The translations under genes were made by a program, and so were the position numbers. The notes beneath the pieces are model-generated. The model was not told where the DNA came from, did no database searches, and was given only the letters and a program-made list of their open reading frames with translations. Positions 24,109 to 37,705 of a DNA stretch of 64,000 nt are shown piece by piece. Source of the DNA: Octopus vulgaris (Eukaryota); contig OX597822.1 in NCBI GenBank assembly GCA_951406725.2, forward strand, positions 98,518,001-98,582,000. The letters run 5' to 3'. Each line of letters starts with the position of its first letter. The stretch's first letter is position 1.

Positions 24109-27100
24109 TCCAAAGAAAATTCAGCTGTTGTTTATATTTTTTAATGAGTATGCTTTCCTTATTTATACGGAATTGGGTTGATGTGTTTCCGGGGATTGAT
24201 AGAGAAGGAAGATTTGATATTTCGGGTTTATGTTATTTTAGTATGATTTGCGTGGCAGGAGGAGAATAGAAGATATTGGGACCGTTGGTTTGGTTTCAAT
24301 TTCAGTATCTCTTTTTATGATTAAGATGTCCAGGAAGGGTAATCGCTTGTGGCTGTATCCCATTGTAAACTAGATATTGTGGTTAATGCTGTTGATTAAG
24401 TTTTTATATTTGAGAGTTGCTCAATGTTATGTGGCCACAAAATGTAACAGTCATTCAGGTAGCGTTTCCAGTTGGTGAGTAAGTATTTTTGGAAGTTGCC
24501 CCCAAATTTCAGTCTAGCGTGCTCGTATATTTGATCTTCCAAGTATGCCATGAAAAGGCATTTCCATCGCCGTGCCTGATTTTTGTCTATAACTCTTAAT
24601 TTGAAGAAGTTGTTCTGTTGAATGAATTTCATTCCTTCAACGACGAATTCTTTTCCGATTACGTCAGGAATGCTATTTGGGAATTTCTCGAGCCAGTATT
24701 GTATCGCTATTATTCCGCACCCATGGGAAATCGAGGTGTGGAGGTTTATTACATCGAATGAAACAAAATGGGAGTCCTTGCCAGTTTGTTCGGAAGATGG
24801 TTTTAAAAGTCCAAATCATTCCTTATAAAGTTTGGTATATGTTGGAGAATAATTTCAAGGAGGACGTGAATAAAGTTACTGAGTCGTCTGTGAGTCTCAC
24901 ATAAGGGACCGGCCCCAATTGGTCTCAATTTGAGATCTCTCCGGTGTGAAATATCTATGACTACAGAAGTTGAATTGTTACAGCCTGAGTTTATGGCTTC
25001 ACTCTTGTGGATTTTGGGAAGTCCATAAATGTTGTTGGTTTTGCAGTCAAATCTAGCCTAGTAATCTCTCTGCTTTTCCGTTAAATTTTGTTGGAACTGG
25101 TGGATAAGTGTAGGATGTTTTGTCACTATTTTGGATTGACTGTAGTTGTTGATTGTCTCGTTGTAGGAGGATTAGGGTAGTCTTTATGTATTTTTTATGA
25201 GTCCATGATTACTACAACACTTCGTTTATCGGCTTCTTTTATAATCATATTATGATCCTCCTTGAGATCCTTAAGGATTTTTCAATCTTCTCGATTTGTA
25301 TTTTTTGAAATCTTCGAGGTGGAAGTAAATTATAGGGATAATCGGATACCAAATCACAAAAGTTATCCAGAGCTTGATTTGTTCCTTTTGTTACTTTTAT
25401 TATGAAGTATTGACTCATCATTAGTTTCTTTATCCAATAGTTCTTCAGTGACTCGAAGTTTTCTGCAGAATTCCTGGATATCGTTTTGTATATCATTTAG
25501 GTTCGATCTTTGTGTTGGAGTGAATTTCAGTCCTTTTGGGAGAATTTTGATTTGTTGGTTGAAAGGGTTTTAAGTGAGAGATTTATCACCTTCGGGATTT
25601 CACATTTGATTGGTGCTACCGAGTGTCCAGGTTCTGGCCCAGTTTGCCTAAAAAATGGTTTCTTGGGTTTTGATATAAGGAATTAGTGCTTTTGTTGATT
25701 GTACTTCCGTTGACCCTTGATTTATTGTCGGTTCTTCATTGTGGTCGGCTCTGAGTGGAGTTGTCGTAACGGTTATATCTTGTGGTTTTGACGAGGTAGT
25801 CATTATGGAAGGTATGTCACGAGCGGGAGAAGTTCTTGCTTCTTCTTTGGTCCTGTTCGAAATTTTCATTATGTGAGATGTGTCTCGGACGTGGGGAGTT
25901 CTTATTTCTCGTATAGTCCCGCCCGAAAGAGTTTTTCACGAAGATGTTACGTCTGGAAGGTGGAGGAATTTCGGTGTGAGAAGGATTTCTGTAACTTTGA
26001 GTGGGGGGGGGTTGTCTTGCGATGAGGGGTGCATTGGAATTACCCATTTTGTGTTTTCGCTGAGTATTTGGAACCCTGCAGAGGGTATTGGTTATTCTTG
26101 CTTCTGGATGGACATTCGGTTATTGTTCTAGTAGCGACTTTTTTGCGGTTGTGTGGAGTTCGTAATTTTTAGTTTTTTTTTCAAGAAAGGGTTATCAGAT
26201 TAGTATTTCTCCTTGAATGTTTCCCAATAAGACTCCGCCGGTTACGACGACGAGGGTCCCAGCTGATACGATCAACAGAATAGCTTGCTCGTGAAATTAA
26301 CGTGCAAATGGCTGAGCATTCCACAGACACGTGTACCCTTAACGTAGTTCTCGGGGATAATCAGCGTGACACAGAGAGTGACAAGGCTGACCCTTTGAAA
26401 TACAAGTACAACTCATTTTTGCCAGCTGAGTGGACCGGAGCAACGTGAAATAAAGTGTCTTTCTCAAGGACACAACGCGTCGCCGGGAATCGAACTCACA
26501 ACCTTACGGTCATGAGCCGAATGCCCTAACCACTAAGCCACGCGCCCAATAGGGATTGAACCAATCATTGTTTATTTCCCATCTTTGAAGTGAGGTTATT
26601 TCCGCGTTTTCACAATTCTGCTCCAGTGTAGAACTGTATTGTTAAAAAGTTCCCTTGAACACATTTGCGCGATTTCAGTCTCCATTTCTTCATCAACTGA
26701 GGTAATTTTTAGTTGGTCTATCTCCATTTTGAAGCGCTCCAGAACCATTTTTTCCTTAAGTTTTCTCCGTTTTGGTGGTTCGTCGGGGATGGCTTTAATT
26801 TGTAGCTTTCTGGGGAAAATATAAAAAGGTTGAATTGAGCCATCCCTCATATATCTCTGCTTTATTGGGATTGCTGATCATGTTCCAGAAAGCGAAGTTA
26901 CAGTTTTATAATTTTTGACCCATAGTTGAACTATAGCTTTCTTGATATCGGAAGGCTGTTGACAGCTGAAGTTATTTTTTTTTCCGTTTCAGGATAAGGG
27001 TTATTTTAAGATTTATGCATTAGTGAGGTTTCAAATGATTTACAGATTATTTCGAGGGTTTCATTAGTTTCTGTCTGTAGGGATCTTCCTTTTTCGAAGC

Positions 27101-27233
27101 ATGTTTCTTTGTAGTTGCAGTGTGATTTGACGAGTTTGTCCATTAGGTGGGTAAGTTTTGAGTTGATGATTTGTAGTTCACACAAGATTTTGTCGAGTGT
27201 CGTGTTATCTTGTTGTTTGTATTTGGGTGGCAT
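24109..27233 (-). pseudogene. Penelope-like element ORF, copy 3
   Basis: Same sequence and same lesions as copy 1, offset ~+8070. Confidence 0.9.
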
Positions 27234-28345
27234 TTTCGTTCCTTGCATAGAAGATTTATAACAAAAGAGCAGGTGCATTTCCACGTAAGAAAAAATATAG
27301 GCAAATTTGTTGTTGAAAATGCAGCTATATTTGCAAAACCTCTAATTGTTTTTAAATATATTTATTTGTCTATATACCAAACTAATATCAACAATATTTG
27401 TTTGTTTATTAATAGTAAACATTTTAAATTCTTTGTTAGAAAAAGATGTTTAAAAGTTTCAATATTTACAAGTTTCAATAATATGAAATGTCTTTTAAAT
27501 GTTCGTAACATTTAATAATATAAAATATGTGGATACTCTTGTTTAAAATGCACAAATTTCAATAGTATTAGTAGTGATCGACAAAAAATGTAGATCATCA
27601 AAGTTTTAGTTTTACTAAGTTAAGAGGGACAAAAACAAGGGAAGAATGAAAATAGCAAAAAAAAAAAGGTCTTTGTTTAGAGTTTCTGTGATTCTGTTAC
27701 CGTGGTGTGCAGGGACTTTCGCTTGTAACGGCATTTTTTGGAATCCATTGTATTTATAATTTTGTTTCCGTGAACGGATCTGATTTTTGATTCGTCAAAG
27801 TACTGGTGACATCTTGTTTTTCTGGTGGTCAAATTTGTCGTTCTGCCTGGTTGGCTTCCCCGTGCGGAACGGTCACCAGCCGTTCCAGTTGGTGGATTCT
27901 CTTAAAGGATCATTTTGTTGTATTTGCTGCAGAACGGTTTTGATCGGAAGTAGAATTTCATTGGTCTAGAGTTAGGTGACGTCAGCAACTGGTGTTTGTA
28001 CTGTGTTCGTGTATGGTGAATTGGAGTTGCGGTTTCGAAACCCATGTGGAAGACTGTTACTAAAGTTACTTAAATTATATCTGTTGTATCTGGTTGTTGT
28101 TGTTTTTTTGCGGAGGAATTGGGTCTTTTTCGTTTTTCTCTTTAGTGTTTTCTCTTCTTTCTAAAGGATATTCAGCTGTTGTTTTACAGTTTTAATGAGT
28201 ATACTTTCCTTATTCAAACGGAATTGGTTTGAAGTCTTTCATGTGCATGGATAGAATGAAGATAATTGCTATTCCGAGTTTATGTTATTTTAGTATTTTT
28301 CTTGGTGACAAGAAGAGAATAGAAGATATTGAGTCCGTTGGTTTG

Positions 28346-28730
28346 AATAAGACCCAAAAAATTTAACAAAAAGATTATCCACCTTTTTTATATCATTGAA
28401 TGGTATGAACATTTAAAAGACATTTCATATTATTGAAACAAATACAAACCAGAATGTATATAGGAATTCACAAATAAAAATCCAGCCTGAAAAAAGCAAA
28501 AGATTTACCTCCCCTTACCTAAGAAATTCACTGATTATTCCTTTAGCTAAAAACATTATATTCACTGATTATCCCTTTTCAGTTATACCCTCATATATAA
28601 ACGCAAGACTGTTTCATATCTACTTCTACGCAAGATTAAATAAAAAAAGATCATATTATTCAGTCCTGATTAGCGATAAATAATCTTTATCTACGCAAAC
28701 AAGATTTCTGTGCTTTTTTACATTAAATCT

Positions 28731-28732
<2 letters not shown>
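28346..28732 (+). mobile_element. Probable PLE 3'-UTR fragment, joined head-to-head to the array
   Basis: Ends in (TA)n. 28506-28560 matches the loop of the hammerhead foldback at 29058-29114, and TTACCTCCCC also occurs in the PLE 3' UTR at ~43740. Confidence 0.45.
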
Positions 28733-28808
<76 letters not shown>

Positions 28809-28866
28809 GTGTGTGTGTGTGTGTGTGTGTGTATGCATGTATCTCTCTCTCTCTCTCTCTCTCTCT

Positions 28867-28912
<46 letters not shown>

Positions 28913-28914
<2 letters not shown>

Positions 28915-29196
28915 GGAGTAAACACATAAATGTGAAACAAGGTGGAAAAAAGAGTACTCAAATACCAGTGGTAGAGTAATATGCTTTATTTGAAGCAGCA
29001 GAAAATTCAACAAAACCTGTTACTCTGAGTTTCCCGTTGCCGGTCAGCGGACAGTTCTTACCTCTCCTTACCTAAGAAATCCACTGATTATTCCTTTAGC
29101 TAAAAAAAATTATATAGCAAAAACTGTCCGATGAACGGCAACGGGAAACTCAGAGTAACAGGTTTTGTTGAATTTTCTGCTGCTTTAAATAAAGTA
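28913..29196. mobile_element. (TA)n-embedded foldback with a hammerhead-like fold in each arm
   Basis: Arms 28984-29056 / 29122-29194 (73 bp, 3 mismatches), with a ~70-bp tail on the left. Confidence 0.85.
29124..29161 (+). ncRNA. Minimal type I hammerhead-like motif (CCGATGA core)
   Basis: CTGT-CCGATGA-ACG-GCAA-CGG-GAAAC-TCAGA-GTA-ACAG. The minus-strand copy has a fully paired CCG-GCAA-CGG stem II but the core CCGCTGA. Confidence 0.65.
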
Positions 29197-29211
29197 AATA
29201 TATATATATAT

Positions 29212-29297
29212 TTCCCTTCTTTCCTGAGCGTCCAATAATACTTTATTTGTTCCACGTCCTTGCGTTGTTGTGTTTTTTTGTTTTCTTGTTTGGATTA

Positions 29298-29302
<5 letters not shown>
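29212..29302 (+). mobile_element. 3' tail-only copy of the 44757-44968 element
   Basis: CCTTCTTTCCTGAGC...TTCCACGTCCT.GCGTTGTTGTG...TGTTTGGATTAACTT matches 44880-44968. Flanked by (TA)n. Confidence 0.8.
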
Positions 29303-29321
<19 letters not shown>

Positions 29322-29328
<7 letters not shown>

Positions 29329-29820
29329 TTAGTGAAGGGAAGAAATGGAGCTGAACGAAGATTCTACAAAATTCCTTTTTATTATTTTCTACACATGTTT
29401 CAAAGGCTGCAAATTTCCAAATTCGGATTGAATAAGGAGACCATTTTGCAGCTTTCTCTTCAGAGGGAGCGTTTTGTTCGAATAGCTCGCTGCACATTTG
29501 TTTGGAGATTTAAATTCCTGGATTTTCCTGAAGAGAAAGCTGCAAAATGGTCTCCTTATTCAATCCGAATTTGGAAATTTACAGCCCTTGAAACATGTGT
29601 AGAAAATAATAAAAAGGAATTTTGTAGAATCTTCGTTCAGCTCCATTTCTTCCCTTCACTAAATATATAAAACTTCAATTATCCGCGCTAAGGCACGGTT
29701 GCGACACCCCATGGTCGTAACCTCAACCGTGTTTTTTCTGTTGTGATTTTTGCTACCCAGGTATCGGTTAAATTTTGAATAATCCGTAACAAGATAATTC
29801 ATTTATCCATTTCAATAAAT
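29322..29820 (+). mobile_element. (TA)n-embedded foldback mini-element with hammerhead
   Basis: Arms 29322-29463 / 29528-29669 (142 bp, 2 mismatches), a 64-bp loop and a ~150-bp tail. Confidence 0.85.
29523..29606 (+). ncRNA. Type I hammerhead ribozyme motif
   Basis: TTTTC-CTGAAGA-[GAAAGCTGCAAA...TTTACAGCCCTT]-GAAAC-ATGT-GTA-GAAAA: canonical core, 5-bp stem I, extended stem II, palindromic ACATGT stem III region and a GUA cleavage triplet. Confidence 0.8.
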
Positions 29821-29953
29821 ATATATATATATATATATATATGTGCGTATATATGTATATTTATATATGTATATATATATATATGTATGTATATATATGT
29901 GTGTGTGTGTGCGTGCGTGCGTGGGTGTGTGTGAGTGTGTGTGTGTGTGTAAC

Positions 29954-30173
29954 CATCTCCAATTCCCACGCCAGTTTACGCAAAATTCCTAAGTGGAAAT
30001 TTACGTAATGCTTGTAATGTTAGACATTTGAGAGGCACTTCATCAGATTTGCATCGAAGGCGTGTTGCCACGATGTATTTCTGATGGAGTGCCTTTCTAT
30101 TGTCTAAAACCGCAAACATTATGTGAATATTCATTTAGAATTTTTACGTAAGCATGCGTTGCAAATGGAGATG
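29954..30173. mobile_element. Old MITE-like foldback
   Basis: CATCTCCA.../...TGGAGATG termini. Internal complementary pairs such as AGGCACTTCATCAGA/TCTGATGGAGTGCCT and TTAGACA/TGTCTAA run across the whole length. Confidence 0.65.
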
Positions 30174-30329
30174 ATCACGCACAAACACACACATGCACAC
30201 ACACACGCACATACACACACGCACACACACACATACACACACACACACACATATGCATGCATAGACATAGCCTAAAGATATATAAAGCACATACATATTT
30301 ACACACATACTTATACACACGTAGGCACA

Positions 30330-30770
30330 AATTAATATTGCTCTCTAATTCTGGCGCAGGCCCAGCAATATTCGGGTAGGGGCTAAGTCGATTACATCCA
30401 GTGTTCAAATGTTACTTATTTTATCGACCCCGAAACGATGAAAGGCAAAGTCCACTTCGGCAGAATTTGAACTCAGAGCCTAAAAGATAGACGAAAAGCT
30501 GCTAAGCATTTCTGCCCGGCGTGCTAACGATTCTGCCAACTCACCGCCTTAAATAAGACTGCAAGCTGGCAGAAATGTTAGCACGACCGGAAAAATGCTT
30601 AGCTGTATTTCGTCTTTCTTTACATACTGAACTCAAATTCTGCCGATGTCGACTTGGGCTTTCACCCTTTCGGAGTCGATAAAGTATGTACCAGTGCGCC
30701 CTGGGGTCGATGTAATCGTCTTACCACCACCCGTGAACTTACTGGCTTCGTTTCAAAATTTAAAACCAAT
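30330..30770. mobile_element. Two diverged SINE type A copies, head-to-head (30330-30549 minus; ~30560-30770 plus)
   Basis: TTTATCGACCCCGAAA..ATGAAAGGCAAAG on minus and CCTTTCGGAGTCGATAAAGTATGTACCAG on plus. Confidence 0.75.
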
Positions 30771-31572
30771 ATTGAAGTCATATTACTGAGTGAGAGAGCA
30801 GTGCATGCCAGGGTAAAATATACATAGCTCAGTATACCCATTATGACAACCCGTCTGATAAGGGTACACCAGGTACATGCATCACAACCATATGTGTATG
30901 ACATGGTGTTCTCATATCAAGATAAACAGTACATGACCTTGCAGGTGGGGCCCAGTTAGAATTTTCTTCAGGTTGAGTAGCCCATCCCACTCAGAATGTC
31001 TCTGAATAAGGGCTGTTTAAGGATGAGAATGAAGCACACTCTTTGAGGTGAATTATTCAAACCCCAAAGACATGGCTATGATGCTTCCCCACTACTTCTG
31101 CTCGTGATCAGAGATGCACATACCTTTCAGCATTCAAGTCTCACAGTAGAAAAGGAAGCATGTGGCACACGCGTCTTTCTGCTATCTCTAATCTTAGAAC
31201 ATCATTAGCTATGGATTGTAGACGTTTCATATTTAAAGGAAAGTAAGAGAATAAATATTTGTTGGCGTATTTCCTGCTGAGCATTGGTTACGTCTATCAA
31301 TTGAAACGCTCTTCAACATATACCTTCCGTTTCCTTAAATTGACAGCGCACTTCCTCCTGCATTTATATTATGCTGGAATATAATCAATTGTAGAAGAAT
31401 ATAATCCACTGGAGGTCTTAGAGTCCTGCTGTGGTTATGTCAATGTCCTGATCTATCGATCATTTCTTTATCCTGGGTGGAAATAAAACTGACATATCGA
31501 TAGTACAATCACTATTCAAAATGCATTTATTTTGACGCGATGCTGTTGCTACTCTAAGTAGTCAGAATAAAG

Positions 31573-31943
31573 TGGAGGCGCAATGGCCCAGTGGTTAGGG
31601 CAGCGGACTCGCGGTTTCGATTCCCAGACCGGGCGTTGTGAACGTTTATTGAGCGAAAACACCTAAAAGCTCCACGAGGCTCCGGCAGGGGTTGGTGGTG
31701 AACCCTGCTGTACTCTTTCACAACAACTTTCTCTCACTCTTACTTCCTGTTTCTGTTGTACCTGTATTTCAAAGGGCCGGCCTTGTCACTCTCTGTGTCA
31801 CGCTGAATATCCCCGAGCACTACGTTAAGGGTGCACGTGTCTGTGGAGTACTCAGCCACTTACACGTTAATTTCACGAGCAGGCTGTTCCGTTGATTCGG
31901 ATCAACCGGAACCCTCATCGTCGTAACCGACGGAGTGCTTCCA
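31573..31943 (+). mobile_element. SINE type B with 13-bp TSD
   Basis: Full head and tail; AGTCAGAATAAAG on both flanks. Confidence 0.9.
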
Positions 31944-32127
31944 CACAGTCAGAATAAAGAATAAATTCTCTTCACTTTCTGGCCATAGGTTTAGATATTT
32001 TATAAGCTTTAAAAAATCGATTGGAAACTACTGTTATTTTCCTGGCTTGAATTTCTACGTAATTCAGAAATATACGGTGAGAAATATCTTTAACCACAAA
32101 TTATGTTTGAGTAGTTGTAGTAGTAAA

Positions 32128-32240
32128 GGCGCATGGCTCAGTGGTTAGAGCGTCGAGCTCACAATCATGAGGTAGTGAGTTCGATTTCCGGACCGGACTG
32201 TGTGCTGTGTTCTTGAGCAAGACACTTTATTTTACGTTCT
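32128..32240 (+). mobile_element. SINE type D 5' part (tRNA head + CORE-like)
   Basis: GGCGCATGGCTCAGTGGTTAGAGCG...GAGTTCGATT...GTGTTCTTGAGCAAGACACTTTATTT, the same head as 50043. Confidence 0.75.
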
Positions 32241-32619
32241 TCCGCAATAGTAGTAACAGCAGCAACAGTAGCAGTAGTAGCAGTAGTAGTAGTAGCAGCA
32301 GTAGCAGCAACCGTGTCGGTGGGGATGGCGGTGGTAGTAGTAGTAGTTGTTATTGGTGATGCTGTTTAACCTCCAATCATACCCAGATGAAGCAAAATTT
32401 GACCAACGGCCTCAGTCAACACCATAATGTCTTTATAATTAATGTACTTGGTCTTTAATTAAGATGGTAAAGTACATTGGGAATGGAGTTGTCAGGCTTA
32501 GCAGTTAAACGACCACGATGTGGCCTCCTCGTTTTTCTTTGATCTCCCTCCCTTGAGAAATCACACCAACCAAGAAATATAATTTATTTCATCTGTAAGA
32601 TACATCTTAAACTACACGA

Positions 32620-33100
32620 TGCAACGCTTGGTTTTGGCCAGAAACCCTGACGTTTATTGACCAGTAAGTTTATTGTCGTTAATGCTCCGTTTAAACTGTT
32701 GAATGTCAACAAATGAAGGAAAGCCATGATGAACGATAAGATTTCACCGAACCGATGTTCTGCCGATAAAGGAATTGGAATAGTGGTTATTATAAGAGCT
32801 TGAAGCGTTTGGAAATCTATAATGATGGGAGGTGGAGAGATGAATGGATTAGAAATACATCATCGACAGAGTTATGCGAGCATCTGGCTCCGAATAGTAG
32901 AGAGCATCATTGTAACCTAAGAAGAGATTCAGAGAAAAGGAAAACCTTTTGTAGAGAATCTGTTAGTGAAAAGATACCACTCACCCGAGTGACTTTTTCT
33001 GGATGTGATGCGAACTCTCAGCCCACGTAATACAGTACCTTTTCAGATGTAGGTGCAGTTTTTCTTGTGAGTTTCACTAGAGCCTTGAAGAGTGGCAGCA
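32620..33100 (-). mobile_element. Possible old LINE 3' RT fragment
   Basis: Minus-strand HYSNSFIGRTSVR*NL resembles the NSF..RT...WN.L terminal motif of CR1/Jockey-group RTs. Otherwise very decayed. Confidence 0.35.
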
Positions 33101-34347
33101 GTAGTCGGTGACTGAAATAATGTCTTCCTCGTAATAGAGAAAGGTAAGGTTTGGGAATGGACCATACTGGGGCACCGCCTTGTAGTGTGATTACATTTCT
33201 TTTTTGTATTGCATCTCGGGAAGTTGCTAGGTGGCTATTGCTGCTCTTCTTTGTGCCTCCTGCTGCGATATGGGTTCATGTGGGTTCTAAGATAGAATTT
33301 TTTGCAAACGCTCTTTGAAGATCTTCACATCCACATTTCGCAAATCTCTGAACCTATTTGACAGAATACTGAATAGTCGTGGACCCTTGAAACCCAGGCT
33401 GTTACAGTACTGGATCATTATTCTAAATAGAGTAGACGGGATCAGTGGTATTATGTGGTTGGTATAGCATTCAATTCAAAAGGAAGGTAGACCTTCCAGG
33501 ATCTTCCATACGTATATCACTTCATATCTTTATCGCCTTCTCTCCCGGGAGTAGGGCTTCAGTTCCTTTGGCTTCTCTGAGTATCTCATCTGTTTCACCT
33601 ATTCAATCTTCTTTGCATAATGGCGCTAAATTGCATCAACTTCCGCCACCAATTTGTTGTTCTGTGGTGACCACAGTTAGGAGTAGGAATTCAGACTGAG
33701 AATGGAAGTTCGCCATAGTAGTAGTATGGTATCCATTTTCATGGTTCTGAATGATCCATCTAGCTATTCTCTTGCACAGTGTTGCCATCTTTGTACTAAG
33801 CACATAGAATGTTTCATCATTATTCATGCGGATTCCTAAGTCCCGTATCGTCTCTGAGTCTGAGACTGCACTACATCCTGGCACTGTGTATTCCGATTGT
33901 AGTCTGTTTGTGGACCGATAGTGAAGTGATTGGAACTTCTCGGTTTTGAACTGCATGCTAGTCTCATTAACTCGTTGTGTATTGCAGTTTTAGTGTATCA
34001 AATGATCCTTGGCCGCCTGTGATACTTTAGCATATCAAAGGGTTCTTGACTACCTGCGATACTTTTGTATCATCTGACTGTATGGCTGAAGGCGTGTCTG
34101 AGAGAACCACCACAAACAGTATTGGTACTAGTACATTTCATTGACGAACTCTGCTGAAAATTGATGTTTCCTCAAAGAGAGTACCATTGACTGCAACTGT
34201 GTAACGTCTGCCTTTTAAAATATCAGGCAGCCACTCACCCAGTTTTTCAGCGACACCAATGTCACACTTTGTAAAATATCATTTCATGATCAATTTTATC
34301 AAAGTTCTTGATAAAGTTTCAATATTACACATTCACATTTGAGTGCA

Positions 34348-37705
<3,358 letters not shown>

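Larger units (their letters stand above)
15156..28345 (-). repeat. Tandem array of a Penelope-like element: units start 15156, 19191, 23227, 27261 (partial, diverged)
   Basis: Period 4034-4036 bp, with the same ORF fragments recurring in the ORF track. Unit bodies differ at about 3 substitutions plus homopolymer lengths. Confidence 0.95.

Noticed and set aside
31692-31895. Recurrent 67-aa ORF MVVxPAVLFHHNFLS...SRLFR (also 35408, 37117, 48194, 60674)
   Set aside because: It lies within SINE type B; the recurrence reflects SINE copy similarity.
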